Assembly (NCBI RefSeq): GCF_006345805.1
Contig: NC_043013.1
Coordinates: 55,800,001-55,864,000, forward strand
Reading direction: 5' to 3'
Length of the DNA stretch: 64,000 nt
Source of the DNA: Octopus sinensis
Taxonomy: Eukaryota
Both the position numbers and the translations under genes were made by a program. The notes beneath the pieces are model-generated. The model saw only the letters and a list, made by a program, of their open reading frames with translations, had not been told where the DNA came from and made no database searches. Below, in pieces: positions 38,280 to 52,308 of the stretch (the stretch's first letter is position 1; every line of letters begins with the position of its first letter).

Positions 38280-39948
38280 ATGGCTTCAGGCACTTCAAAA
38301 CACCGAGGATGCCTCAGCAAGGCAAATTCATTCTGCTACGTGTGTGGAGATTTCATGACAGTTGCACAGCGCCAAACAATTACTTCCCTCCTGAGAACTG
38401 CTTACTTTCATCATTTTGATTGTAAAATTGGAGTCCAGCACAAATCCTGGGCCCCACACATCTGTTGTAAATTCTGCTACAATGGACTAACTGCATGGTT
38501 TAATGGCAAGAAAGCAGCCTTCAACTTCGCTGTCCCAATGGTCTGGAGAGAGCCATGAAGCCATGCAGATGATTTTTGTTTAAGAAATATAACAGGTTTC
38601 AATGCTTCTTCTAGAAAAAAAGATCAAATACCCCAACCTTCCCTCGGCTAGGAGACCTGTTCCCCACTCAGATGATTTCCCTGTCCCTACATCCCCAGCA
38701 AATAAAGATCTTCTTCCTTCACCAAATGAAGAAATGCCTTTAGGGGAAGATTCTGCCAAGTTGACCTCTACTGAAGACAATGTCTCTGTTTATTCTGGGG
38801 CAAGTGGCAATGAGCCCCACTGGATCATGCAGGAAGATCTGAATAACCTTGCCGGTGATTTGTATCTATTCAAGCAGCTGTCAGAGCTCCTGGCATCCTG
38901 GCTTAAGCAGTGGAACCTGGTCAACGGAGATGTAAGGGTCACCAGTTTTAGGACTTTGCTTCATTCTTCAAAATGGAAAACAGGTTGTGCTACTGCACAA
39001 ATGTCCCTGGTTTGCTCACCTTCCTTGGTTTTCCACACAATTCCTCAGACTTGCATCTTTTCATAGACTCTTCCAAGCGAAATCTGAAGGCTGTACTCCT
39101 GCACAATGGGAATAAATACCTCAGCATTCTCATTGCCTACTCAGTCCATCTGAAGGAGTCGTATGACAATATGGAGCTCCTTTTGAAAAGCTGTTGAGTA
39201 CAACCAGTACCAGTGGAGTCTCTGCAGAGACCTCAAGGTCATTGGGTTCCTTATGGGTACGCAAGTGAGCATCACAAAATACTGTTGCTTTCTCCATCTC
39301 TGGGACAGTCGGTCTGTGTCTAAGCACTAGAAGCGGAAAGACTGGGGATGTAGGAGCACTTTCGTGCCTGGTGTCCAAGAAAATCCTCTGGTGAACATCA
39401 ACAAAGTGCTTTTGCCTCCTTTTCATATCAAGCTTGGCTTAATGAAGAATTTCATGAAGGCAATGAACAAAAATGGCATTGCCTTCCAACACTTGTGCAC
39501 TCTGTTCCCAGCTCTAAGTTCTGCTAAGCTCAAGGAGGCACCTTTGTTGGACTTCAGATCCAAGAGGTGCTGAAGGATAAGGACATTGAGGCGATTTTTA
39601 CCTTAAAGGAAGCATAGGAAGCATTTAAGTCATGGCAACACACGGGCACTAGATTACCAAGAGTGTACGGAGAAGTTGTTACAGTCTTATGAGGATGTGG
39701 CATGCTTCGTGTCATTCAAAATTTACTTTCTCTACATCTGTTTCAACTTCTTCCCTCGGAAGCTCAGAGAAGTGAGTGATGAGCATGGAGAAAGGTTCCA
39801 CCAAGATATTACTAAGATGGAGAGCAACTACCGAGGCAAGTGGAACCCCAGCATGATGGGGGACTTTTGGATGCTCTTGCATGACATCCCAGAGGTAAAG
39901 TACGCAAGATCGCCCAAAAAACTCACTTCTGACTGTTTGCTGTACTAG
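38280..39948 (+). pseudogene. Chapaev-type transposase pseudogene
   Basis: Motifs FCYVCG, SWAPHICC, FAVPMVWREP, LFIDSSKRNLKAVLLHNGN, DLKVIGFLMG, LLPPFHIKLGLMKNF and SDEHGERFHQDI are spread across several frames with stops and frameshifts. Confidence 0.85.
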
Positions 39949-41816
39949 GATTTATATGTATTGTATTATCCAAGTAATTTAGTTCCATCAATGTTCTGTA
40001 TCTATTGCTGTTTTTTTTTTACTTCTGAAATATACCTTTGTAACAGATATTTTGAATTTATATGCAGTATAATTAAAATATGATATGTGAAAACAAAAAT
40101 TCTAGAAGTGATAGAGCAAAACTGCTCAGAAAATAGAATTCGCCATATCAGAATTGATAAAAAGCACCTATTCACATCCTTGCCTCAGAGAAAAAAATAT
40201 TTTTTTGTAATCCAGTGGTATTAATATGACTTCATAGCATGCAACTGGTTTCTGCAGTTATGCCATTATCAAACTCATTTTTCAGAATTTGGACAAGATG
40301 CTGTAAGGAGATTGCATCAAATTCCATTAATTCTTCTTAGTTAATGATGATACCAATAACACTATTTAAAGTCACCACCAACATACTCCATAAGTTGAAC
40401 AGCTTTAGTAAAAATAAACAACTGATGTTTAAGTTGGATTCACAGATGCTAAGAAGAACAGCTTCAGTAGAAAGGGGTAGATCTACCAAACAGAATGTAT
40501 GGTTCTATTGCAGCTGGTACTTTAGAGCAGCTAAAACTATGATAACAGATGCAGCATATATTCAGTACTTGCACAAAATGAAGCAGCCTTGTTATTCCTG
40601 GAGGATACAACCTTTTTAATATAAGTTAGTAAAATAAATATACAGGAGTTACATGTCAATATATCTGGAATTATATTAAAATGGTATAAGCAAGAATTTT
40701 AGCCTCTCACCAACTTTTGGCCAATTCCTTTATCATGCTTTTTTTTTCAATAATAAAAGGTTGAGTGTCATTTGTGGCTACTAAGGTGATATTCTAAAGG
40801 TACCTTTGCAAATTATTGAATCCATGAAACACTCTTTAACTTGCCACTGCAGAATAGTCTGGTTTTATTTCAGAATTTATGGATCCTTTTTACAGAATAT
40901 TCTAGAAAAATATTAATACTAAGAATTATATTGAAGTGACTTAAAATTTGATGGAGGCATCACCATTTACAAAAGAATGTAATCTTTCCAAGTCATACTC
41001 AATAAAAACCATTCCAAATAAAATAACCAAATATTTCAAAAGAATTCTCTGGAATTATAAATTTAGAAATCATTCAAGGTTATGGTTTGGTATTTACAGG
41101 TGCTTAGGAAGTTTTGCATAATCATCTTATACTCACTTTTGTTAATTCCATGTGTTCCATAATCAGAGGAAGATTGCTTTCAAGTTTTCTTCCCTTATCA
41201 ATCATCTCCAGGAAACAGGAAATACCATTTATAACACGAAATAGAACATAACAAAATAGGCAGAGCTTTCCGTTAATGGGGCCATTCAAAACAGTAGCCA
41301 AAAACGATTCTACTAATAAAATTCTTTGTTAAATTTATTGAAATGACTTGATTCCCTGACAATAGTCTTGGAGTTTAGCAGAAAATTTGGAGTGTCCATG
41401 GATCCCACTGGATTTGATAATGACAGTCATGTTTCATTTGAAAATCTTGACCAAGATTTCATTAGTTTTTAAGAATACTAAGATGATTAGAAAAGAAATT
41501 CTTATCTTTCAGTTTTAATCAATAGTGTATCCACCAACAATTTTGTATTTAACTTGGATTGTATTCTACAGAAGTCACGCATAGATGTCTGTGGAATAAT
41601 AGAAGCATTGTTTACTGCACCTGAACTGAAATTGCAAGAACCAAGTCAATGAGTGTAGACAATCATCTCTTTCTCCTTGGCAAAAAAATAAACACGAAGG
41701 GCACCACAGCATTACGCACACAATGTGTCAGTCAAGAAAATTACGGGTTTGTTTATCTTTCATCACAATTTTTATTGTTGAATTTGGACATGCATACCTT
41801 GGATAAATGACCTTAC

Positions 41817-41915
41817 TCGCTACAGGTATAACAATCAGCGTGACAAGCAGAACAATATCTGCTTTTGTGCAATAAATCAGCACAAAAGTAACAGCGTTTA
41901 GATTTGGTAAAGAAA
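41817..41915 (-). CDS. Candidate coding exon, Cys-rich (furin-like-repeat-like) peptide
   Basis: aattccag|…|gtaagg splice signals around a 99-nt open frame FFTKSKRCYFCADLLHKSRYCSACHADCYTCS. No homology confirmed. Confidence 0.3.
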
Positions 41916-43338
41916 CTGGAATTTTGGTTTGAGCAGGTGTGGGTGTAACAGCAACGAGAGAAGGAGTTTCTTCTCTTTGATTAGTTTTTTTGAGGAAGAT
42001 TGAGAGATTTGTAGAGTTTTTTTAAAAAACAATGACAAATTGAGATATGAGTGTGTGTTAATGGGTGCACATGTGTGTGCATGTATGTGTGCATGTGTGT
42101 GTGTGCATGCATGCGTGAGTGTGTGTGTTCTTGTCTCAGCATTGCCGTATGACTGTAAATGAATGTCAAGTGAGGATTGATTTCAGGGTGGGCACCTGAC
42201 CATAGAAAATCTGCCTCAGTGCAATGTGTCTGATCCATCTAAATGTGGAATGGTGGATGTTAAAACAAAAGACAATGATGAAACAATGAAGTAAATCTGA
42301 AAAAATATCAGCTTTTGAGGAATGGCCTTTTAAAGTGTGTTCCTGTTTTTCTCCAACCAATTTCTCCACAATGATTGTCAACATTAACTTTAACCAAGAA
42401 TCTTTTGCGTTTTGGACATATGGAACTTGTCCATACCTGCTGTATTGTCAATCACATCTCACATCTTTGCACTTTTCAAAGTTACGGAGATGCAACTAAG
42501 ATGCAACAAATATTTTTATCATTAACTTTAAAACATTATACTCCATGCCATTTGCTTTAGTTTTGGTATCTAAATCATTAAAACAGTTTAGTTAATTAAT
42601 GTCTTATTACATTTTAATTAGTTTTTCTTATAATGATTACATGCATACCTGTTAGTGCATAGCTATTAATTTATAAAATTATAAATATTAAATTTTGCTG
42701 CTTTTCTCAAGTCTCTGGTTTGTTAATTCCCTAATTTTCCACCTTTCTTTCAAGTTGAGGAGCTTGTTGCTTTTGTTACTGAACAATTTGGGAATCTATC
42801 TCTTAGAATCGCATTATTACAATAAATGGTATTAATACTGCCAAGATGTTCTGTGACAAAAAGGATTTTGGGAATATTTCAGCAATGTTTTTCATTATGT
42901 TTGCTTTTTTATTTTTTTTGTTTTACAAAGACCTACAGAAACACTGGTTACACACATCCAAATTTGTTGAGATTGTTTTCTAGCTACCATGTTTTAATTA
43001 TACCCAATGTAAAATTAAGTCACTACTAATGCTCAAAGGTCTTTCTATTTCATTTTACATTGGTTGTAAAATGCCATCTTGATAGAGATGGATACAATAA
43101 TATTTAATACATTTTTTGTGTCTTTACATTCTAAGTTTAAATTCCACTGAGGTCAATTTTGCCTTTCATCATTTCGGGGTCGATAAATTAAGTACCAGTT
43201 GCGTACTGCGGTCGATCTAATCGACTGGCCCCTTCCCCCAAAATTTCGAGCCTTGTGCCTAGAGTAGGAAAGAATATTCAATACATTTGGATTTTGTCTT
43301 GGGAGAGGAATTCTCTTCATTGATAACATGTGACTAAC

Positions 43339-43463
43339 GATAATGTTGCAATCTGAACAATAAATGATGTCAGCAAACTGCAGGTTCTGTGATGCTGTAC
43401 TGTTGCAATTCATCAACACCAAATCCATCTTTTGTAACCTTCTAGGAACTGATGCTCTTGTAT
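43339..43463 (-). CDS. Candidate coding exon
   Basis: Strong acceptor ttttttttttgctgtttag and donor gttagt around a 125-nt open frame TRASVPRRLQKMDLVLMNCNSTASQNLQFADIIYCSDCNII. Confidence 0.3.
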
Positions 43464-44664
43464 CTAAACAGCAAAAAAAAAACAATTACTGATGAGTGCA
43501 AAGCCTTATCAAGCTGGAATTTATTAATTAAAGCTACACATGAGAGTGATAATTACAATATAACAGCATACAGTTATATTTAAAACACCTGTATACACCA
43601 GAACATAAACAAGTCTTAGTGAGCGATGAACAATGAATTCAAAGACCATAGTTGGGTCCAATGTCCTCATTCATAGCCCTGTGCTAGTTTATGAACATAT
43701 AGTCTATGAGAAGAATTTCTCTCCTGAGACAGAATCTGCAGTGATGGTCATTCTACTTTCAGCTGCACACTAACATATTTCATATAATTGCACCCATCTA
43801 TATTTTGAAGCATCATTGCTTTGTGTACTTCAGAGTAACCATCTTAATAAAGTGCATGATCTAATTTCAAACCATTATCCAACACCAGTACTGCGTCACT
43901 GGCACCCATGCTGGTGGCACGTAAAAAGCACCATTTGAGCATGGCTGATGCCAGTGCCACCTGAATGGCTGCAATGCCTGTAGAATGTAAAAAAAACACC
44001 ATTTGAGCGTGGCCGATGCCAGTGATACCTTACTGGCACTAGTGCTGGCGGCACATAAAAAGTACTCACTACACTCTTGAAGTGGTTGGCATGACGAAGG
44101 GGCATCCAGCTGTAGAAACCTTGCCAAATCAGATTGGAGCCTGGTGCAGCCCACCGGCTTACCAGTTCTCTGTCAAACTATCCAACCCATGCCAGCATGG
44201 AAAGCAGACGTTAAGCAATGATGATGATAAACATAAGTAGTAGTGATGAAAATGTAATCAAAATTGACCGATGACTTATTGTTAAAGTCTGCCTTCTAGT
44301 GATGAATAAATTTAAAAGTCAAACAACTGCAACTTTAATAATGTAGAAAGGTGTCTTCCAGATAGGTCACTAGTTGCACGAATTACCTTAAACGGTATGT
44401 GATAGCAGAAGGAAAGGCTGACCAACCAAAGGAACACAATGGATCACAAGGAAAAGGTGATTGCTGTTGTTTAGCCCCGAGTCAGCCTCATTGGACAGAC
44501 ATAGGAATCAAGTTCTTCGACTCACGACAATCCCAATATCCATTTGCTTTTTCATAACAGTGACTACACTGTCCAATATGTCCTTCATTTTTAAGATAGT
44601 AGGGTGTAATTTGAAGGAACTTTAGCTGTTATTTCTTGTTTATATACATGTGTCTTTATATGTG

Positions 44665-44720
<56 letters not shown>

Positions 44721-44769
44721 CATACACACACATAATATATATATATACATACACACATACATATATATA

Positions 44770-44802
<33 letters not shown>

Positions 44803-45254
44803 TATATATATACATCATCATTGTCTAATGTCTGCCTTCCATGCTGGTATGATGCATATATACATGTATACGTGTGTATGTGTATATGCATGTGTGTGTG
44901 TGTGTGTGTGTAAATCAGCATGGTACTTATGTTGCTAAGAAACATAACTATGTGATAAATAGAGATCTATAAAATACACAGCAAATTTAAAAATTGAGTT
45001 GATTATAGTTTAATATAAAAGTCCCCGATGGAAGTGCTCCAGTATGGCCACAGTCCAATGACTGTAGTCAGTAATTGAATAAAATGTCCATTATCCTTCA
45101 CAGCACAGCTTCTCTTTCACAGGTGCATCTGCACCAGAAGTTTGACCATAGTATTAAAAAAAAACCGTTCCCCACCTTTCATTCGAATACATTAATAAGG
45201 AAACAACCTTTGTAGTGGGGATAATAGAGTAAGAAAGAGAGAGGGAGAGAAAGA

Positions 45255-45285
<31 letters not shown>

Positions 45286-45792
45286 TGAGATAGTATGTGG
45301 TGACGGGAGTGGGGAAGAGCTTCAGAGAGTTAACAAATCCGTTGTCAACAAATATGTTTCTATGTTCGTGCAAGGAGTAAATTGTATGAAGCGTGTTATA
45401 ATAAAATGTCATTGTGTAACGAGGAATGTGCACTGAATGTAGAGGAAGATGTGTTGTGAAGGCTGGAAATGAAAAAGAGGAGGATGCACTGTTGAAGGTG
45501 CATCAACTTGCATGAAATGTGGACTGCACATCAGCCAACAAAACAGAAAAGAATTAAACACGTTAAGTGATGCAATCGGGAAGTGATGTCATGGATTCTG
45601 TTAAATACTGAAGGAAACAAAATAGATGGTTTCTATTTTCATGAGCAGAAGTATCCTTCAGTGAGTTTACAACCTTAAAAACAACGTAATTAAAAACATA
45701 ATTGGCAATGAGCTTTGTCCAGTTGTGCAACTTAATGAAGGTTTTAGTTCTCAGTTTTTCAATATCTTATTGATGTGGATATTGTACTTCAT

Positions 45793-45853
<61 letters not shown>

Positions 45854-46058
45854 CAGACATATCCACATATCAAAGTCACCAGCTCTTATCCACATGCACA
45901 CACTCTCACATAGATACACACATGCGCACCTTCATTTTGGGATCACCAGTACTTTATTATCTCCCCTTCCTCGTACCTATCTATCTTTTTCCAACCAGAT
46001 TGATTGACCACTAAATCCACAAGTTTTTTTTATTCTCTCTCTGTTTATTTTCTTGTCT

Positions 46059-46098
46059 TCTTTTCTGTTGAAGAGCATAGGCTCGAAATGTAGAAGAC
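46059..46098 (+). ncRNA. Minimal (PLE-type) hammerhead-like motif, degenerate
   Basis: tttt ctgttga a gagc-atag-gctc gaaa tg ta gaag. The core has A6>U. It lies in a non-coding element (~45855-46190) bounded by (TA)n. Confidence 0.45.
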
Positions 46099-46824
46099 TT
46101 TCTTATCTTCCCAAGTGTCAAATTAATATACCTTGCTTGTTGTTTATACACCTGCCTTCATCATTAGTTTTTCTGTAAATTTCAACTATATATATATATA
46201 TAAATATAACTTTTTTTAACTGTTCACCTGACAGCTGTTGATTTTCTGTTGTGTTGCTATTGGTTGTTTAAATGAGGATTTAAACTCCTCTTTCTAGCAG
46301 GTAGGCACCTTGTGTGCCTTATGATTGATATCAATTTTAATTCTATAGCTATCTAATGTTATTTTAGGCCTGCAACCATCTATATTATTGTTATTATTAT
46401 CAACTATTTATATTACCGCAGATAATGATAATAATATCTATATAAATATTCACTCTTGAATATTTGCCCCTTACTGGTATATATATATATATATATACAT
46501 ATATATAAGAGAGAGAGAGAGAGAGAGAAAGAAACAAAGAGAGACGTAGGAAGGTACATAAACACTGGTAGGTTTGAATGTACATTTACCTAGAGCACAA
46601 AATACAGATTAAAGGATAAAGGGAAAAGGAAAACAAAGCAGAAGTATTATGTAAAATTTTATGTCTAAAGCTGTTTCAAGACAGCCATAACTTACACTGT
46701 AACCATATTGACACATAATATGTGCATAATGTCATAGATGTGTGTCCTGTGAGAGGTCTCGAAGAAATTGTTCAAGTAAGTTAGTCATCCCTTCTCAAGA
46801 GCATACAAAAAACACTAGGATATC

Positions 46825-48262
46825 AGCTATCACTCAAAAGGATATACTTTTGCAATATAGAGCAGGAAGTAACTGCAAAATAATTGATGCACATAAGGGA
46901 TACAGATACAGCTGCAGCTATGTAGCGTCTGTGAAATTAACACTGAGGATATCACCCACATCATATGAGGTGGTATCAAAAAGTTCCAGGATTAGTTCTG
47001 TTTAATAAAAAATAACTTATTTACAAAAGTTTTATCATCTCTACCAAAATAGTCACCTTGCACAGTAATACACTGGTACCTGCGTTCCAGTCAGTTTTGG
47101 AATCCAGCCTGGAAGTCGTCTTCCCTAATGAGTTGAGGACCTTCTATGATTCACTCTGGGTCTCAACAAGGCATTAAAATGACAACTTTTGAGCTGCATT
47201 TTCATCTTGGCGAAGATGCTACATCTGACAAATAGGGTAGAAATGATACCTAGTGGTTTTTGGTAAGAAACTCACTAGGAAGGAGAGCTCCATAGCAGGG
47301 TGCATTATTATTGTGAAGGATCCAATTAGAACTCTCAGTTGATGATCTGGCCCTGGGGAACAAATTCTCAATGCACAATACAACATTTCCGGGGGTGATG
47401 CTCGTGGCATGTCTTCCAGATCACTCCTCATCTTCCAGTGATGTCCTTTCACTTTTGAAGCACCTGTGCCCCTCAGGACGTTATGTATGACCCATTGCCA
47501 CGTCGCTGTAAGCTTGCCAGAGCATGATCAATGTCTCTGGAGCAGAATTCACAAAATTTCCTGTTAGTTCTTTGTTCCTGTCCATGGCAAAACCACAGAC
47601 TACAGTATTACATGTGATCACAACACCACAAATTTCACAACTTGTGAAGTAAACACAGTAATATCACAAGGTACGCTGCCTCATAAATTTCACTGTTAGC
47701 CCTCACTGAGCATGTAACCATGTGCTGCCACCTGTTGGTGCACAGCAAAACTAGTCCAGGAATTTTTTGATGTCACCTCGTAAGTAGCTGTTAGATAATT
47801 TCATCTGGTTATTATCGACAAAGGGGACAGTATATCATGGCTAGAACATTATAGAATGAAATCTACTGGAAGCATAATCCTGGGGAGACAAACATAAGAG
47901 GCTACGGTGATGTGGAGGCCATAATCTTAGATAATTTGAAAGATTACCACTGCAAATCAAAACTTCTGTAAAATGCTAGAATAGGAGTCCAAATATAGTG
48001 ATCCGGGATGAAGAAAAGTAAGGATGTGCAGTAATTGAAATTAGTTTCTCAGTGCTGACGTCAACATAAGTTTAAAGATTGGTGGAAAAGGAAAACAACT
48101 TTGGTAAACTGATGAGAAGTCTGTGAGCATTCCATCGAGAATACAATTTTAGATTTCTACTAATAATTATTGTGATAATCGACAATGTGACTAACTGCTT
48201 TCATACCAATCTTCAGAAGTTGGGATTCACAAAAGCAGAAATAACATGCCTCAGTAGAAGAT
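46825..48262 (+). pseudogene. R4/Dong-like RLE-type non-LTR retrotransposon C-terminal relic (interrupted by mariner)
   Basis: GYTFAI..EQEV, CSVCEINTEDITHII|SSC (CCHC knuckle), MARTL*NEI, SPNIVIRDEEK*GCAVIEIS…EKENNFGKLMRSL…NLQKLGF (PD-(D/E)xK restriction-like endonuclease). Confidence 0.7.
46966..47780 (-). mobile_element. mariner-like transposon, internally deleted
   Basis: TA TSD at 46964-46965 and 47781-47782; ~34-bp TIRs tgaggtggtatcaaaaagttccagga / tccaggaattttttgatgtcacctcg. Minus peptides LEDMPR and HNNAPC…EFLTKN. Confidence 0.8.
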
Positions 48263-51200
48263 TACAGATAAGAATCTATCAAAGGCAAACATTTATACAA
48301 TTCAACATGTAACAAAATCCACAAACCAATGGTATTTGTGCATGTGTATATGCAAAGATATATGCCTGCCTGCATACGTATATATGTACATACATACGTA
48401 CATCAATACATACGTATGTACATACGTACGTACATACATACGTACATACATACGTACATACATACGTACATACATACATGCATACATACATACATACATA
48501 ACTATGGACAGTCACTTCGAAACCTTTAACGTTTATATGATGATACAAATTTATATTTCTTCCAGTAATAATTGTTATCCTTGGTTTTGTGATCAAATGC
48601 CTAATTGACAGTCTAGATAAGCTTGGAATTTTTGAAAAAGAAATCAACAAACTGACTCACACACATTACAAATACAGTCTGTAAGGCCTCCACATCACTG
48701 TAGCTTCTTGTGTTTGTCTCCTCAGGATTATCAGTATAAATGTGCAAAACTTTTCTCAAGTTTAAAAGGTGATTTTTTTGTTACCTACATTCCAATGATG
48801 AAACTTTGTATATTTGTTAGAGACCAGCTCCTTTCTCAGAGGAAGAATTTCCATAATTAGAAACAGAAGAGAACCTGCATACACATACATACATACATAC
48901 ATACATACACTCACATGCATACACACATACATACATACATAGACATGCATATACTTGTACATACATAGGTAAGTACATATTTTCATACATATGGTCATGC
49001 ATATACACATATATACATCCATATATGTGTCTCTGTGCTGTTAACAAATTTCAATAACAAATCTGATTTTAAATACTGGACTGGCTTTCATTTTGTAACT
49101 TTAGACTGTTTAATATTCATAGAGGAAAGATTTTATTATGTGTTCTGATCATTTTACTTATGTAACAAATATCTAAACATATGAAGATAAATTTACAAGT
49201 GGAAACCAAGATGCCATTAAAGATAGGAATCGTCTTAAAAATTGTAATACGAGATACAGAATATGATTAAATTCGTTAGGAAAATAATGATTGTAATGTT
49301 AGCTTGATAAAATAAATTAATAAAGGGGAGAATATGAGAAATTCTATTTTAGATCATAAACTACAATTTATAAACCATGATTTAAAATTAACATCTTAAT
49401 AGATACGAACTTAAACATATCTTGGAACTGGTAAAAGATAACATGGAACCATATATCATATCCTTCTCTTGGTTTCTTAGTCATTTCCACATGGGATTTC
49501 ATTATCACTTTGTTGAAATCTTCTGTTTGTTAGTTGACTATCTGACTAGCTGCCTTGGCAAGTGAAGCTCTCTAGAGAGTAAGTATTAAAATACTTGTGA
49601 TGATTCCACTCTCTGTCTGTTCTATTTATTCATGCAGCTATCAATGCAACTTATGCAGGCAATATTCCACACCAATTTGGTTCCATTACATGTTTGTGAC
49701 ATATCAAATATTCCTCTTAGAGACTTTACAAAAATGAAGATAAATTCCTTTTATCGATCGGGAAGATCAAAATTCATGTTGATTTAATTCCAGCATAAGG
49801 ATGACTCATCAATTATCCTTGTGTTCCGACAAAAGCAACATAGAATGGAATTATAGATTACAACAAGAAAATTGCTAAATATACATGGTATATTATTTAA
49901 ATAATATGAAATGGTCTCTCCCAAAGGCTTAAAGATGAAATGAAAGCATTTAGCCTTTACCGCACTCTGCAAAGATACTGTTTCATGTGAAGTAAAAGAA
50001 AGAAACTGTGTCTACAGTTTGCAATATGTAAGGAGGATAAGTGCAGAAATGGTGCTGGATTCTTTATCGGTTTTTATGTGCATATATATATATGTATATG
50101 TATTATATCACATACACACATGTACATGTACACACATATTCTATTGGTAAAACTCCAGAAAACAAAGAGAAATTTATGAATGCTAGGCAGAGCCACAATC
50201 AGGTTAAGAGCCAAACCAAAGGAAATTACAAAAACATGATGAAGATAAGATATAGCAGGCAGCAACATCATCAGTAAAAACTTATCTTTGTGTGTATCAA
50301 GGATTACATTGTTCATTGTGATCTTCCTTTATTTGTAATACAATAATGTGCAATTTGAAGGTGATTTAGCTGTTATTTCTAACAGTTCAGCTACTTCTCA
50401 GAGGATGTTGCTGATTATTGCATAAAAATTCCTTCAGTCAACACAGTCTCATTAAGCAGGCCTTATATAAAAACTCATTCCAGCAATAAACATGACGTTT
50501 CTTCTTATGTATCAGGGGCTACACTATGCAATGTGCCTGACATTTAAAATTATAAAAAAGTTTTGTTTTTTTTTTGTATATCCATCTTATACTGTCAAAT
50601 TATGTGTATTATATACAAATGTTATTTTTATTATTTTAAAAGATAAATAAAAATAAACTATAAAAATAGAAACCAAAAGAGATTATTGTCCTTATTAAGG
50701 AGACAAACTAGCAGACTTTTTGTTATCATGTTGGACAAAATGCTTACTGGCATTTCTTCTGGCTTTTACAGAGTTCAAATGCCACTGAGGTCAACTTTGC
50801 CTTTCATCTTTTGTGGATCAGTAAAATAAATACCAGTGATATACTGGGGCCAATACACTTGACTTTCCCCTTCCCCTCAAAATTGTTGGCCTTGTGTCCT
50901 ACTTAGAAAGAAGTATTATTACTAGATTCAGAAAATAGTTGTATGTAAGATGCATTTGGCTATCAGCTGTGTCCATTGTGTTTCTCTATGTCTTGGGCCT
51001 TTGAAGAAGAGGATGAGAAGAATTGAAGACAAACTTTCTCACTTCAGTCAAGCCCTCGTTAACATTTTAAAGTTCCACTTTGAAAGAAAAAAGTGAGGAA
51101 TGGAGTAAATGGTTAGAGTGAAAAGAATTACTCTAAGCATGTGTCTGTAGATGGAACAAAAACACTTGCGTAAAGACAAGTGACCTTGATGGTCAGTGTT

Positions 51201-51564
51201 GCCAACCTTGGATCTATGGCATTCTATCCATTTTCCTATATTAATCGTCATCATTGTCGTCGTCATCATCCTCATCATCATCGTTTAATGTCCATTTTCC
51301 CTGCAGGCATAGGTTGAACGATTTGACAGGAGTTCACCAGCTGAAGAGCTGCCCAGGCTCTGCTGGTCTGTTTAGGCATGGTTTCTTTGGCTGGATGCCC
51401 TTCTTAATGCCAACCATTTACAGGTGTTCTTACACAGCACCAGCCCAGGTGCATTTGGCACTTTTTACATGGCATCAACACCTATGAATCCACAAGGTGA
51501 GGAATGCTCAGTTGGAGAGAGATGCAGGGGACAAGCCTGTATGCAAAGACAACCATGCATTTCC

Positions 51565-51880
51565 ATAGCTTGGCATGTCTTTTCAAGCACAGCAAACTAC
51601 CAGGAGTCTAGGTCACCTGTCATCCCCTCTGTGAGTTCCAACGTCTGTAGGTCCTTTCTTACCACTTCGTTGCACGTCTTCCTGGGTCTACTCTTTCCAC
51701 GTGTCCTCTCTACAATTAGAGATCAACACTTCTTGATGCAGCTGTATTCATTCATACACATTGCACAGCTGCACCAGGGCAGTCTTCTCTCTTGCACACT
51801 ACATCTGATGCTACATGTGCCCAGTTTCTCTCTCAAATCACTTACATTCTGTTGTACATGCAAACTGACATTACCCATCC
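51565..51880 (-). pseudogene. RTE-clade LINE ORF2 C-terminal fragment
   Basis: DLREKLGTCSIRCSVQERRLPWCSCAMCM…VERTRGKSRPRKTCNEVVRKDL matches the RTE RRLRWxGHVxRM…GRPRKTW motif. An RTE-type 3' tail lies at ~51250-51470. Confidence 0.75.
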
Positions 51881-52187
51881 ATATATATATGTGTGTATGT
51901 GTGTATGTGTGTGTGTGTATAGACATAGAAAGAGAGGGGAGAGTGGAGGAAAGGAATGGTACAAAGGAAGAGAGTGAGAGGATGAGAGAGAAAGAATACA
52001 CTTTTTCTGATGCATTGAGACAAAACACTTTCCACAGGAAGCAGTGGAGAATATAACACAAATGCTCAAAACATGCTACTGCCAGTGGCCCAGGAATGGA
52101 ACTTGCTTCGGGGGTGAAAACCTGGCTCCAAAAGTTTTTTACAAACAAGGTAGATTTTTCAATTTTAATATCAAAACAAACACAGGT

Positions 52188-52308
<121 letters not shown>

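Larger units (their letters stand above)
37748..40217 (+). mobile_element. Chapaev(3)-like CMC-superfamily DNA transposon, decayed
   Basis: Termini cactgg…ccagtg flanked by tta/gta (possible 3-bp TSD with 1 mismatch). Shared subterminal motifs (tgaggcaa; cagtttt..ctcatcact.ctag) and an internal transposase pseudogene. Confidence 0.7.

Noticed and set aside
40344-40619. 91-aa plus-strand ORF as a gene
   Set aside because: No recognisable motif or splice context; an overlapping minus-strand exon candidate is equally plausible.
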